A stretch of 64,000 nucleotides of DNA from a virus. Taxonomy: Duplodnaviria; Heunggongvirae; Uroviricota; Caudoviricetes. Under the pieces are notes generated by a model. It did not search any database. It was not told the origin of the DNA and worked only from the letters and a program-made list of their open reading frames with translations. Where the stretch lies: IMG/VR virus record IMGVR_UViG_3300005329_000001, one strand, 5' to 3'. A program made the translations under genes and the position numbers. This document shows, in pieces, positions 27,555 to 36,148 of this stretch (the stretch's first letter is position 1; the number at the start of each line of letters is the position of its first letter).

Positions 27555-28115
27555 TCACGCAGCGGCGTGAACTGGGGTGGCGGGGAAGATCTTGGAGTTG
27601 AATTGGAACTGCGTGGCGGTCTCTTCATCGAGGAAGAGCTCAGGATGGCGTCGTACTTCTCTCTCGATCTTCTCGAACTCGTAGGCTACAGCCTTCGTCA
27701 GGAGCCCCACGTCGTGATAGAGCGGGCCGCCCTGTACCATGAAGACGTGCTCCTTCGCCTCGTTCCAGTAGACGAGCCCAGCGTAGGCGCTCACGATGCG
27801 ATTGAACCGCTGCATGGCGTCACGGAAGCGGGCGTGTGACTCCGCTGTTTCGTCGACCGACGGGGTGTAGAAGTCGACGGCTTCTCGCATCAGCGAGTGC
27901 GAGGCCCGTCGGGCCAGGACGAAGGTGAGATGCATCAGAGCTCGCCTGAGGAGCTCTCCGCGCCGCTGCTCGAGCCCTTCCGACTTCGGGGCCCGCACGA
28001 TGTTGCCGATCGCCTCGAGCACTAGGTACACGACGCCACTGCTTTGGTGCTTCTGCACGAGCTCCAGCGCCAGCTCGAGGGTTTCCTCGATGCTCCCCTT
28101 GTTCACCAATTCCAT
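27555..28115 (-). CDS. hypothetical protein
   Basis: internal ATG (MELVNKG) preceded by strong SD aaggaggtcagg; track ORF extends to 28190. Confidence 0.5.
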   Translation of the reverse strand: MELVNKGSIEETLELALELVQKHQSSGVVYLVLEAIGNIVRAPKSEGLEQRRGELLRRALMHLTFVLARRASHSLMREAVDFYTPSVDETAESHARFRDAMQRFNRIVSAYAGLVYWNEAKEHVFMVQGGPLYHDVGLLTKAVAYEFEKIEREVRRHPELFLDEETATQFQFNSKIFPATPVHAAA

Positions 28116-28191
28116 CCTGACCTCCTTTCCTTCCCCATACTTTGCCCGCGCCGCCACCGGAGGGTAGTTGCTCTGCAGTAGCGTCCGCATC

Positions 28192-28515
28192 CTACGACCC
28201 CGTCAGCTTGTCACGAGCTGCCTGCGCCTTGGTATGTAGAGCGACCATCGTCGCTGCCAAGACCCCGCCATCTGCTTCGATGAGCTCCATGGCCTTCGTC
28301 ATGACTTGCATTTGGCCCGAGACCAGGTTGTCGTTGAACATGGACGGAACGACGATCTCGTCCGTCTTCACTTCGTAGATGCTCAGAGTCCACGATTTGT
28401 CCTGCGGCAGCTTCGACACTTCCAACCGAACCAGCTTGAGGTTGAGCGTGTACTTCTCTTCGTGCAACACTGATGACTTCTTGCTCCGAACCCAGTGGTC
28501 CATCTGATCCTCCAA
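28192..28515 (-). CDS. hypothetical protein
   Basis: 107-aa ORF, SD ttggaggatcag; motif GGGGATAAGTAC 40 nt upstream. Confidence 0.5.
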   Translation of the reverse strand: MEDQMDHWVRSKKSSVLHEEKYTLNLKLVRLEVSKLPQDKSWTLSIYEVKTDEIVVPSMFNDNLVSGQMQVMTKAMELIEADGGVLAATMVALHTKAQAARDKLTGS

Positions 28516-28545
28516 AAGAGCGTGCCTTACGCTCTACTCTGTACT

Positions 28546-28555
28546 TATCCCCGAG
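28546..28555 (-). promoter_or_regulatory. GGGGATAAGT motif upstream of 28192..28515
   Basis: unit homologous to 36075..36131 (hairpin-CTTTAGCCATC...CCTCGG-motif). Confidence 0.35.
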
Positions 28556-28582
28556 GAGGACCGTGGGTTGATGGCTAAAGAG

Positions 28583-28603
28583 AGGGGGCAAGCCACACCC
28601 CCT
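28583..28603 (-). terminator. hairpin terminator with CTTTAGCC tail
   Basis: agggggca-agccacac-cccct; 3' of gene ending 28612. Confidence 0.4.
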
Positions 28604-28611
28604 CTGCCTCT

Positions 28612-28959
28612 CTAGCCTGACGAGGCCTTCTTGTGAGAACTAGAAGGCGTATCGTTGATCATGGCTGGAATGGCCTCAGAAGATTCCTGAGCTGTCTGAT
28701 TTCCCTGATGGTCTCCCATGACGGCGCTGATCTTGACGTGAATGGGTGGCTTGATATACCCAAGCCCACCCAAGACCAGCGTCACTTGCTGACCGAGAAT
28801 TGCCGGCGGCCAACCGTGCTCGGCTGTAGATGGCGTGCGAAGCAGCGTCGCTTCCTTAAGGTCGTTGTCGTACTCTTCGGTGGTCTCTGCCTCCACTACG
28901 ATCAGTACTTTGCCCATCGTCGTTTCTCCGCTCCTACGGGGTGTACTCCCAAACGTCAT
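28612..28959 (-). CDS. hypothetical protein
   Basis: 115-aa ORF; start ambiguous (28959 or ATG 28917 MGKVLIVV). Confidence 0.45.
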   Translation of the reverse strand: MTFGSTPRRSGETTMGKVLIVVEAETTEEYDNDLKEATLLRTPSTAEHGWPPAILGQQVTLVLGGLGYIKPPIHVKISAVMGDHQGNQTAQESSEAIPAMINDTPSSSHKKASSG

Positions 28960-29025
28960 TCCGACATCACTCGCCCCCTCCTCCCTTTAGAAGCAAGCGA
29001 AACTTCCGCTTGCTTCTACATACTC

Positions 29026-29448
29026 TTATCTCTCCTCTTCACTCGTCGGTTGCTGGCGGGCTTTGATGCAGCCAGGACAGTCGACCACTCGGGGGGAATG
29101 AATCCGAAGCTTCGACGATGGTGCCCCATGGAATCGGATGCTGCACTGGAGAACACCGGACTGCCTCCTGGTCGTGTAGTCATACTCGTGCTCCTTGACC
29201 TCGTGGTGGTGACCCCGAAGCCGAATCACTATGACTCGGTTTGGGGGAAGGTTCTTCAGTATCGCCCTCTCTAGGTCCCCTCCAACGGCTCTCCAATCTC
29301 TCGCGATGGCTTGAGCGTCTTGCCTCCAAGCTTCTTCATCGGAGAGTGGTGAATTAGACCGTCGATGGAGCACCTTCCGGTACGTTGACCGAGACGGAGC
29401 GAAACAGTCACCCAACCACGCCAGGAATTGCCCGATTCTCCTCAGCAT
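29026..29448 (-). CDS. hypothetical protein
   Basis: 140-aa ORF. Confidence 0.45.
   Translation of the reverse strand: MLRRIGQFLAWLGDCFAPSRSTYRKVLHRRSNSPLSDEEAWRQDAQAIARDWRAVGGDLERAILKNLPPNRVIVIRLRGHHHEVKEHEYDYTTRRQSGVLQCSIRFHGAPSSKLRIHSPRVVDCPGCIKARQQPTSEEER
29034..29045 (-). promoter_or_regulatory. GAGAGATAAGAG motif upstream of 28612..28959
   Basis: followed by 10-bp stem hairpin gaagcaagcg/cgcttgcttc. Confidence 0.35.
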
Positions 29449-29456
29449 CTAAACTC

Positions 29457-29855
29457 CTATGCCTTGATGATGGTAGCGGCCCTTTCAGCCCGACGTTTCT
29501 TTTCCTTCACAGCGAAGTGCGTGTACTCGGTGAGTTCCTTCATGCTGGGCTTGCCGTTGTAGAACTCGACTAGCTTCGGCCTACCCGATTGACGGGTTCT
29601 CTCCTTCCCACTGAATTCGAAGACCATCGTATAGACCGCACTTCTGACGTAAGCGAACATCGCATGGTACTCAAGCCCGTGAATGCAGAAACTCCCTCGG
29701 TAGCGGGTGTGACGCTCTTTCCAAGTCTTCAGAAGCTCCTTCTTCATTTGAGTCTTGGAAGGTCGTCGCAGGGGCTCGTGCGTTATTTCAATCGTGGGGC
29801 CGTAAAACTCCAGTTTGACGCCTTCCACGAGTCCCTGGAGAAACGCATTCAACAT
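29457..29855 (-). CDS. hypothetical protein
   Basis: 132-aa ORF, SD gggagggagag upstream. Confidence 0.5.
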   Translation of the reverse strand: MLNAFLQGLVEGVKLEFYGPTIEITHEPLRRPSKTQMKKELLKTWKERHTRYRGSFCIHGLEYHAMFAYVRSAVYTMVFEFSGKERTRQSGRPKLVEFYNGKPSMKELTEYTHFAVKEKKRRAERAATIIKA

Positions 29856-29946
29856 GTTCTCTCCCTCCCCTTCCTAAATAGTTCCTCACGATGGTGTGCT
29901 CTGCTGCCTCGTCGCCTTGGCCGCCTCAATCGCTTAGAGCTATATT

Positions 29947-29957
29947 TCTTATCTCCG
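29947..29957 (-). promoter_or_regulatory. GGAGATAAGAA motif upstream of 29457..29855
   Basis: 6 nt after terminator tail CTTAGCT. Confidence 0.35.
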
Positions 29958-29965
29958 AAATAGCT

Positions 29966-29988
29966 AAGAAGAGGCCGAGCCTCTTCTT
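29966..29988 (-). terminator. hairpin terminator with CTTAGCT tail
   Basis: aagaagaggc-cga-gcctcttctt; 3' of gene ending 29995. Confidence 0.45.
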
Positions 29989-29994
29989 GGTGCT

Positions 29995-30189
29995 TTAGAT
30001 CTTCGAAAGCTCCTCGACGAAGTCCTCGACCGCCTTGATGTAGCCTTGGCGATCGGGGTCTTCCGGCAGCGTGTTGCTTGCACGACGGAGCATACTGCCG
30101 GCGAGGAGCTGCATGGTCTGGCCGAGAGTCGGGTTGAGCTGGCGGAGCTTCTCACGAACTTCCTCGAGGCGCTGACTGTCCGTCTTCAT
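29995..30189 (-). CDS. small hypothetical protein
   Basis: 64-aa ORF, SD aaggagaatcag; motif TGAGATAAGAAAG upstream; terminator hairpin directly downstream. Confidence 0.5.
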   Translation of the reverse strand: MKTDSQRLEEVREKLRQLNPTLGQTMQLLAGSMLRRASNTLPEDPDRQGYIKAVEDFVEELSKI

Positions 30190-30227
30190 CTGATTCTCCT
30201 TATAAAGACGATGTGTTTCCGTCTTAC

Positions 30228-30239
30228 TTTCTTATCTCA
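30228..30239 (-). promoter_or_regulatory. TGAGATAAGAAA motif upstream of 29995..30189
   Basis: 30 nt upstream of SD. Confidence 0.35.
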
Positions 30240-30651
30240 GGATGGCGAGCCGAGTTACCGTCCCATTGGGCCATATGACGAACGGCTCCTTCGTCTTCTG
30301 GGCGTACTTGATCGTGTACCAAGTGCCCCCGATCTCGAGAGGGCGGTCAGCGACGGAAGCACCCGTCAAGTACCAGGTCTCTTCGACGATGTCCCTGTTA
30401 CGAGCGAAGTAGTTCTTGGGGATGCGAAGCTCATCGTAGCCTTTGCACCACGCTCGCTTGTCGGGTTTGATCGGGGGATGAATGACGATGCGCAGCTTCA
30501 TGTCCAGAGCGATCTCGTGCGCTTCGGCGTCGGCCCCGATGCAGTCGCCGTGATGGAACTCAGCGGCATTGAGATCGTAGAGAAGTTGGCGGAGGGATAT
30601 CTTCTGCTGCACCGTCATTCCCTCACTCGTGCCGGTGAATCCGATCTTCAT
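30232..30651 (-). CDS. SLOG/DprA-like Rossmann-fold protein (DUF2493-like)
   Basis: internal ATG MKIGFTGTSEGMTVQQ...HHGDCIGADAEAH resembles Gly-rich nucleotide-binding loop of SLOG-superfamily proteins; track ORF extends upstream in low-complexity sequence. Confidence 0.4.
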   Translation of the reverse strand: MKIGFTGTSEGMTVQQKISLRQLLYDLNAAEFHHGDCIGADAEAHEIALDMKLRIVIHPPIKPDKRAWCKGYDELRIPKNYFARNRDIVEETWYLTGASVADRPLEIGGTWYTIKYAQKTKEPFVIWPNGTVTRLAILR

Positions 30652-30995
30652 CACCCACTCCCAGCCAGGCGATGCGGCTTGTCCGGGCCTCGCCCTTGAG
30701 TGATGAGCAGGTTTGCGATGGCGCCGAGCGTTTCGCTGTCGTGCTCTTTCTCGGCATTCATTCGGAGACCAATGTCTGGATGATGGTCGAGCCACAAGAT
30801 CTCCCGGATGTTCTCCAGCAGCATCTCGTCGCTCATCGTCCCATCGGCACGTGGGTGAAACTGCCCAAGGATCGAGCGGAACATCGTCTGTTCTCGAACC
30901 GCCTCTCCTCTCATCATCAGCTCCGTCATCTCGTGGAGCTTGGCTTCTACCTCTTCCAATCGCTGCGTCAGAAGACTGCAGTTGCTGCAAGACAT
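30651..30995 (-). CDS. hypothetical protein (N-terminal CSNC, coiled-coil)
   Basis: internal ATG MSCSNCSLL with SD agggggag. Confidence 0.45.
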   Translation of the reverse strand: MSCSNCSLLTQRLEEVEAKLHEMTELMMRGEAVREQTMFRSILGQFHPRADGTMSDEMLLENIREILWLDHHPDIGLRMNAEKEHDSETLGAIANLLITQGRGPDKPHRLAGSG

Positions 30996-31003
30996 GACTC
31001 CCC

Positions 31004-31270
31004 CTAGGGTTTGCTCTTCACGAACACCTTCCACTCTCGCAGTGGCTCGAGCCTCGCTGTGTCCAACGAGAAGAGCCGATCGCACCGACCCTCTCGATGG
31101 ACACTGAGAGACCTCGTCGCCGGCAGATGCTTGAGGTGCTCATAGGTGATGGCAGAACAATAGCCGTACATCGACGTCGAGGATGCGAAGGTGCTGTGGG
31201 CGCAGAGACCGCAGTTGCCGAGAATCGAGTATCCGATTTGCTTCAACGCCGCCAGCTTGTTCTGGTCCAT
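31004..31270 (-). CDS. Cys-rich hypothetical protein
   Basis: internal ATG MDQNKLAAL with SD aggagctgac. Confidence 0.4.
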   Translation of the reverse strand: MDQNKLAALKQIGYSILGNCGLCAHSTFASSTSMYGYCSAITYEHLKHLPATRSLSVHREGRCDRLFSLDTARLEPLREWKVFVKSKP

Positions 31271-31278
31271 GTCAGCTC

Positions 31279-31590
31279 CTATTTGAGATAGGTGAACCAC
31301 TCGTACTGGTAGCCAGACTCGAGCCAGTGCCCGAAGAGAATGATGCTGCCGTCGGGGCATGTGTAGAGACGGGCCTGGCAGGTACCCTTCGTACCATTGC
31401 TCGCGTCCCAGGTGCCGGCCACCCAACCATCGGACTTGGCATTCTTCACGATGGCCTGATAGGTGAGGCCATTGACGTTGGCGTTGACTTCAACCGTCAC
31501 GTCGGTGGCGTTGGGTTTCACGACCTCACCGTCGACTGCAGTAGATTCAAAGCTGTGTGCCGGGGTACTCCAATAAGCCTTTCCGCGCAT
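31279..31590 (-). CDS. hypothetical protein
   Basis: 103-aa ORF, SD gaggaaaacttc; motif GGAGATAAGAG directly upstream. Confidence 0.55.
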   Translation of the reverse strand: MRGKAYWSTPAHSFESTAVDGEVVKPNATDVTVEVNANVNGLTYQAIVKNAKSDGWVAGTWDASNGTKGTCQARLYTCPDGSIILFGHWLESGYQYEWFTYLK

Positions 31591-31609
31591 GAAGTTTTCC
31601 TCCTGTATT

Positions 31610-31620
31610 CTCTTATCTCC
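31610..31620 (-). promoter_or_regulatory. GGAGATAAGAG motif upstream of 31279..31590
   Basis: TTAGCTgttcGGAGATAAGAGaatacAGGAGG..ATG. Confidence 0.4.
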
Positions 31621-31630
31621 GAACAGCTAA

Positions 31631-31651
31631 GAAGAGGCGCAAGGCCTCTCC
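31631..31651 (-). terminator. hairpin terminator with CTTAGCT tail
   Basis: gaagaggc-gcaa-ggcctctcc; 3' of gene ending 31656. Confidence 0.45.
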
Positions 31652-31655
31652 TGTC

Positions 31656-31850
31656 CTACCTGAAGAAGGGTCGGGTTTCGAGTAGCCAGATCTGGTAGTT
31701 CTGGTATTCCAAGGCGCCATCGGTGTTGAACGTGATCGTGGGAATCAGTGGAGGCAGTATGAAACCTATGGCGTCGACGGTGACTTCGACTTCGAACGGC
31801 GCAGGTTCGCTACCCCACTTGGCTGTGATCTCGTGATTGATCTCGACCAT
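31656..31850 (-). CDS. small hypothetical protein (64 aa)
   Basis: ATG MVEINHE with SD gaggggggcggg; overlaps 3' end of upstream gene in another frame. Confidence 0.4.
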   Translation of the reverse strand: MVEINHEITAKWGSEPAPFEVEVTVDAIGFILPPLIPTITFNTDGALEYQNYQIWLLETRPFFR

Positions 31851-32269
31851 GACCCGCCCCCCTCTGACTTTTCCTGGAGCTTCTTGAGCTCCTCTTCTTT
31901 CACCAGGTATGCGAGGTGCTCTTCGAAGAGCTCCAACCCGATGAGCTCGATGCCGGCTGAGCGAGCGTAGTTCACCAGCATCAATGGCTCGAAGTCGTTC
32001 TCCAGCCCAGGCCCGCGGCGGATGCGAACACGCCGCGAACCGAGCACCCGCCACCGCTTCCCACTCGTCTTCTCCAAAATCTCGGTATCGCCACGGACGA
32101 AGATGATGTTGTCCTTCATCACCGACATGAAGGCGATGCACTCGTTCGATTTGAGGCTATCGACGAGCTCACGGAGGCCTGGCTCATGGAAGTAGGCGTC
32201 GTCGAAGTTGGTGAGCTCAGATCTCGTGAACGAACGGGTGAGGATATTCTTGAGGCGTAGCTTTTCCAC
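31766..32269 (-). CDS. hypothetical protein
   Basis: GTG start adjacent to stop of 32271..32624; C-terminal 35 aa Ser/Arg-rich, possibly out of true frame. Confidence 0.35.
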   Translation of the reverse strand: MEKLRLKNILTRSFTRSELTNFDDAYFHEPGLRELVDSLKSNECIAFMSVMKDNIIFVRGDTEILEKTSGKRWRVLGSRRVRIRRGPGLENDFEPLMLVNYARSAGIELIGLELFEEHLAYLVKEEELKKLQEKSEGGGSWSRSITRSQPSGVANLRRSKSKSPSTP

Positions 32270-32270
32270 G

Positions 32271-32624
32271 TCACACCGTGAACCGGAGCTTGCGCTCGAC
32301 GATGGCTTCGCACTCTCTCGTTTCCACATCGATGGCGATCTTCTTGACCCGATAGGGCTGATCGCTCTTGTCCTGCTCGCTGGCCAGGAGATCGAGGAGA
32401 TTGCCGACGCCCACTGTCAGTGCACTCCCGTTGGCCTTCTCGAGCGCCTGGTTCGTGAGGGTGATGGCCACCGTCTTCTCCTTCAACGCCAGGATGGAGT
32501 CGATGGTGGCCCAAGTGCGGTTGAACTTCTTGCACAGCCCGGTCTTGTTCATGCCCTGGGCCGCAGCTTCGAGAACCTTCTTGCGCTCCGTATCCGTCAC
32601 TGCTCGACGCGTTCGACCGGCCAT
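32271..32624 (-). CDS. helix-turn-helix DNA-binding protein
   Basis: MAGRTRRAVTDTERKKVLEAAAQGMNKTGLCKKFNRTWATIDSIL resembles resolvase/IS-type HTH; SD aggaggacatca. Confidence 0.5.
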   Translation of the reverse strand: MAGRTRRAVTDTERKKVLEAAAQGMNKTGLCKKFNRTWATIDSILALKEKTVAITLTNQALEKANGSALTVGVGNLLDLLASEQDKSDQPYRVKKIAIDVETRECEAIVERKLRFTV

Positions 32625-32693
32625 TGATGTCCTCCTGATTTTCCTAAAGACGAGGTCATTCCCAGAATGGGAATGTGCCTTATGCACGTCTAG

Positions 32694-32705
32694 TTCTTAT
32701 CCCCG
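32694..32705 (-). promoter_or_regulatory. GGGGATAAGAAC motif upstream of 32271..32624
   Basis: 70 nt upstream of ATG. Confidence 0.35.
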
Positions 32706-32872
32706 AGGAGAAGAAGCGGTTGCGACGGACAGCTAAGAGAAGGCCGAGGCCTTCCCAGAGTCCTACTCGAAGCGGTTCTTGAGTCGGCAGATCAGCTCTC
32801 CGACAAAGGCATGCAAATAGGGGAGGAGGATGATTGTGGAGATGAAAGCGAGCACCAATCTCCAAGTAGGCG

Positions 32873-33229
32873 TCATGCGTGTCCAACCTTGTCGACTTGC
32901 ACTTTCCGAGGCGAAGGCTCTGAGATGCGTTCGATGCCGATCGGCCCCATAGAGTTGAAGCGAGAGCCGCAGCCGAGGCCGATGCAGATGTAGTTGACCG
33001 ACATGCCTCCGTGAGGGCCTTCGACAATCTCAGCCCCACAGTCCGGGCACTTGTGCATGAGGAAGATGACCGTCTCTGGCGGCGCCAGGAAGTCTCCTTC
33101 TTCCATCGATCGCTGCCGAGTGTCCTGCTCTCGAGATTTTGCGTTCATCTTGCCGGTGCGACGAGCGATTGCGACCAGCATCCCGCCAATCACCAAGAGC
33201 CCAACGAAGCCCATCCCAACCGTGCCCAT
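32873..33229 (-). CDS. membrane protein with C-terminal zinc ribbon (CPDC...CIGLGC)
   Basis: 118-aa ORF, N-terminal TM, SD ggaagggagc. Confidence 0.5.
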   Translation of the reverse strand: MGTVGMGFVGLLVIGGMLVAIARRTGKMNAKSREQDTRQRSMEEGDFLAPPETVIFLMHKCPDCGAEIVEGPHGGMSVNYICIGLGCGSRFNSMGPIGIERISEPSPRKVQVDKVGHA

Positions 33230-33300
33230 GTCTAGCCTCCTGTGAGATACGAGTGAAATCGTCCTCGGACGAGGAAGAAAATCATGCTCCCTTCCACACC

Positions 33301-33310
33301 CTCTTATCTC
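33301..33310 (-). promoter_or_regulatory. GAGATAAGAG motif upstream of 32873..33229
   Basis: followed by SD ggaagggagc. Confidence 0.4.
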
Positions 33311-33323
33311 ACTGAAAACTAAA

Positions 33324-33342
33324 AAGAGGCACGAGGCCTCTT
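33324..33342 (-). terminator. hairpin terminator with TTTTTAGTTTT tail
   Basis: aagaggc-acga-ggcctctt; 3' of gene ending 33349. Confidence 0.5.
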
Positions 33343-33348
33343 GTGTAC

Positions 33349-33594
33349 TCAGGAAGCTATGTGGAGACGGTATGCTTTCAATGTCTCCTCGAGATTGAGG
33401 AGAGCGAAGAGCTTGGACTCGGTGCTGTCGTATTCCTCGAGGCGCTCGACCATCAGATGAAGCGCGTTCTTGAATGCTTCATTCAGATTGGGAGCAAGGC
33501 TGATCTCTTCGACGGCGTGGCGTGCATCTTCGATGCGGATCGACAGCTCGTCGTGAGTAGGAACCCGCGGCACCCTCTGGATCATGTAGGCCAT
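33349..33594 (-). CDS. small hypothetical protein
   Basis: 81-aa ORF, SD ggggagggagag. Confidence 0.5.
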   Translation of the reverse strand: MAYMIQRVPRVPTHDELSIRIEDARHAVEEISLAPNLNEAFKNALHLMVERLEEYDSTESKLFALLNLEETLKAYRLHIAS

Positions 33595-33636
33595 CTCTCC
33601 CTCCCCTCTTCTGATCTTTCCGTTGTTGGTTGTTGG

Positions 33637-34007
33637 TCAGAGCACGAGCTTCAGCTTCACCTTCTCCACCAGCGTCGTCTTGGCCTCCGAGCAGAACTCC
33701 TCTACCGCCTTGCCAGTGATACTACCCCTCGGATCGATGTGGACGGAAGATCCGCAAGTACCGCAGCTTCCCTCTACCGTGCTTGTGTCACCGATGAGGT
33801 CGAAGTTGTGCAGCTCGTGCCCAAGCCCTGTCGCCTGCGCAGCGGCCTCCGCACGTTCGTCGAACAGCTCTGCGGACGGTTTGTTACCGATCATCGGCTG
33901 CATCATGATCCGACGAAAGACGAGCTCTCGCAGCCAGCACGCTACCTGAAGATCCTCATCCTTCCCCGAACTGCTGATCCTCTCCATTGCGTCAATAATA
34001 TCCATGC
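33637..34007 (-). CDS. hypothetical protein
   Basis: internal ATG MDIIDAMER with SD gaaggaggacgc. Confidence 0.5.
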
Positions 34008-34022
34008 GTCCTCCTTCACCGC

Positions 34023-34033
34023 TCTTATCTCCG
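34023..34033 (-). promoter_or_regulatory. GGAGATAAGAG motif upstream of 33637..34007
   Basis: followed by SD gaaggagg. Confidence 0.4.
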
Positions 34034-34248
34034 ATATCTAAGAAATGTGGCCTTTGCAGGCCAGAGCCCCAGTGCAACGACCGACCCCATTGCGAGGTCG
34101 AGCTGCTGGTTCCGTCGTCGCTGCTTCATAAGAACACCTCTTCCATTGACTGCGGACAGCGGGCGGATCATCTCTCCGTTCAGGGGGTTGGGGGGAGATG
34201 AAGAAATGATCCGCCTCGCTGTCACAGTTCTTATACCGCGCGGGGCCT

Positions 34249-34521
34249 TCATGTTGCGGCCTCTTTATCCGATCCGAGGAAGGCTAGAATCGCGCATATG
34301 TGGCATGCGCAGTTTGCTGTGTGCCCGCTCTCGAGGATCCCAGATGAGTTGACCGTGAGAGCAACAGTGGGAGGACTACCAGTGCAGATGCGGTCGGGGT
34401 TGTTGACGTACCACTTTGTGCCGCACTTGCATCTGACGTGTCCTCCTGTCACCGCCGAGAGCTGCATTGGGCGTCCATCACGCCGCTTGCAGACGCAGTT
34501 GAAGTAGTGGACGAACTTCAT
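34249..34521 (-). CDS. Cys-rich zinc-ribbon protein
   Basis: 90-aa ORF with CxC...CxC...CxC. Confidence 0.4.
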   Translation of the reverse strand: MKFVHYFNCVCKRRDGRPMQLSAVTGGHVRCKCGTKWYVNNPDRICTGSPPTVALTVNSSGILESGHTANCACHICAILAFLGSDKEAAT

Positions 34522-34970
34522 CAGTACACCAGGTCAGGAGCACCCCAATCGCTGGCCTTGTCCTTCACGATGCTGATCCAGCGAGGGTCCTCGTGGTTCG
34601 GGTCGCCGGCGATGCGGGACTGCAGCCACGAAGGCGTGGTGTCGATGATGTAGGCGTGGAAGAGCTCGTGGGCGAAGGAGCTGGTCTTCCAGTCGCCGGT
34701 CCAGAGGATGTGGATCTCGTGCTGTCCGTTCCAGCCCTGGAGGCAGCGGCCCGTGGACGGCGTCTTGATGCCAGGCGTGCCGTAGTCGTCGGTGCAGTCG
34801 GGCTGGTCGAAGTTGACGATCGGGCGGGGGAACTGCTTGGCGGTGTAGATGTTGTCCCACACCGCAGTGAAGGCGGTCTCCTGCTCGTCAGCCGAGGGCG
34901 GCTCCTTCGGGAACTGGAAGCCCGAGCAGCCAGAGACAAGAGCGAGGACGACGAAGAAGAATTTGTACAT
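34521..34970 (-). CDS. lipoprotein with HExxH zinc-metallopeptidase motif
   Basis: MYKFFFVVLALVSGC lipobox; FAHELFHAYI; SD caggagaagccacc. Confidence 0.6.
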   Translation of the reverse strand: MYKFFFVVLALVSGCSGFQFPKEPPSADEQETAFTAVWDNIYTAKQFPRPIVNFDQPDCTDDYGTPGIKTPSTGRCLQGWNGQHEIHILWTGDWKTSSFAHELFHAYIIDTTPSWLQSRIAGDPNHEDPRWISIVKDKASDWGAPDLVY

Positions 34971-35004
34971 GGTGGCTTCTCCTGTGTTTAGTTTCAGCAC
35001 AGGA

Positions 35005-35015
35005 GCTTATCTCCG
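35005..35015 (-). promoter_or_regulatory. GGAGATAAGCT motif upstream of lipoprotein gene 34521..34970
   Basis: ~40 nt upstream of ATG. Confidence 0.35.
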
Positions 35016-35345
35016 CTAGAGAGCTATTCTCTCACTTTCCACGCTATCCTTGGGGTTCTGTCCCTCCTTTACCCGACCGAGCAGCTCTGCCGCCTGGCAG
35101 TTCCTGCATGGTGGCAGCTTGTGCTCGGCACAATTTGCGGTGCAGGGTGGGAAGCTCTCGAGGAAGGAAGTCAGGTCCGACGTCACGTCCTCACCCACCT
35201 TCACCTCCGAGTAGCCATGGCACTTCCTGCATTGGCCACAGCGTCTCGCGCCGGTACTCATGTGGCCATTGGGCCAGTGGATGCAGTACTTGCAGCGCAC
35301 CAGCTTCATGGCCATCGCCTCTTCGTACGAGATGATGATCACCAT
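35016..35345 (-). CDS. Cys-rich zinc-finger protein
   Basis: 109-aa ORF; CKYC, CGQCRKCHG, CTANC, CRNC. Confidence 0.45.
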   Translation of the reverse strand: MVIIISYEEAMAMKLVRCKYCIHWPNGHMSTGARRCGQCRKCHGYSEVKVGEDVTSDLTSFLESFPPCTANCAEHKLPPCRNCQAAELLGRVKEGQNPKDSVESERIAL

Positions 35346-35519
35346 CGTCCACTCCCTTCACCTGCTCGATAAGGTCGTTCGGTATCGAACCCGGAGCCAG
35401 GCCACCCAGAAGGTCAGGAGAGCCCTCTGGATGGCCCGGCTCTCGCCAGACAGGTCTAGCACGTCCATACTGCGTTGATCGTTTCGGAGCTGGGAACCCG
35501 GAAGGCCCTCAGTTCAGGA

Positions 35520-35750
35520 TCAGGTTGCGGGACCACCCAACGCCTTGTCGAACGAGGCGACTTCTCGCCGCAGCTCGACAATGTGGCCGGTCAACTCGGT
35601 CAGCTCGATCCCCATGTTCTTGATGTCCTGCCTTCTCCGCCGTTCGGAAACCGCGAAGGTGATTCCGGCGCCGGCGACGACACCAGTAACAACAGCCAGC
35701 GTCATCGAAGCTGCAGCGGACATCCCCAAAAGCGTCGCCTTCTTCCACAT
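35520..35750 (-). CDS. small single-TM protein, paralog family member 2
   Basis: MWKKATLLGMSAAASMTLAVVTGVVAGAGITFAV...; 76 aa. Confidence 0.55.
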   Translation of the reverse strand: MWKKATLLGMSAAASMTLAVVTGVVAGAGITFAVSERRRRQDIKNMGIELTELTGHIVELRREVASFDKALGGPAT

Positions 35751-35799
35751 AGCCGGTTCTCCTTTCTCCTCCCCATTCCGGGCAGTGAGAGACGTGCAG

Positions 35800-35988
35800 T
35801 CAGATGTTGTGAGAGTGTGTCTTGGTGTCCTTAGCCACCAAGAGGCGCAGCGTGCAGAGACAGCCGTTGATCAGACTGATGGCGATTGCGAACATCCAGT
35901 ACATCCGATCTGCTGCGAAAGGTCGGATGCACAACAGAAGAACCAGCATGACCAACCAGGTGACGGCCGAGACAGCGTAGTGCAGCAT
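35800..35988 (-). CDS. small two-TM membrane protein
   Basis: 62-aa ORF; preceded by 24-aa leader ORF (36062..35988) with motif GGAGATAAGAAC. Confidence 0.4.
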   Translation of the reverse strand: MLHYAVSAVTWLVMLVLLLCIRPFAADRMYWMFAIAISLINGCLCTLRLLVAKDTKTHSHNI

Positions 35989-36074
35989 CAGAACATCGGC
36001 GCATGGCCGTCGAGAAGCTTGCCGATCACCTTCACGAGAATCCGTTCAAAGAAATGCCTCATATTCACCTCCAT

Positions 36075-36086
36075 GTTCTTATCTCC
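36075..36086 (-). promoter_or_regulatory. GGAGATAAGAAC motif upstream of 35800..35988 and its leader ORF
   Basis: followed by atggaggtgaatATG. Confidence 0.4.
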
Positions 36087-36148
36087 GAGGAGGTGGCCCA
36101 GATGGCTAAAGAGAGGCCTCCAGCGCCTCTCCCAGCCCCGTATGGGAG

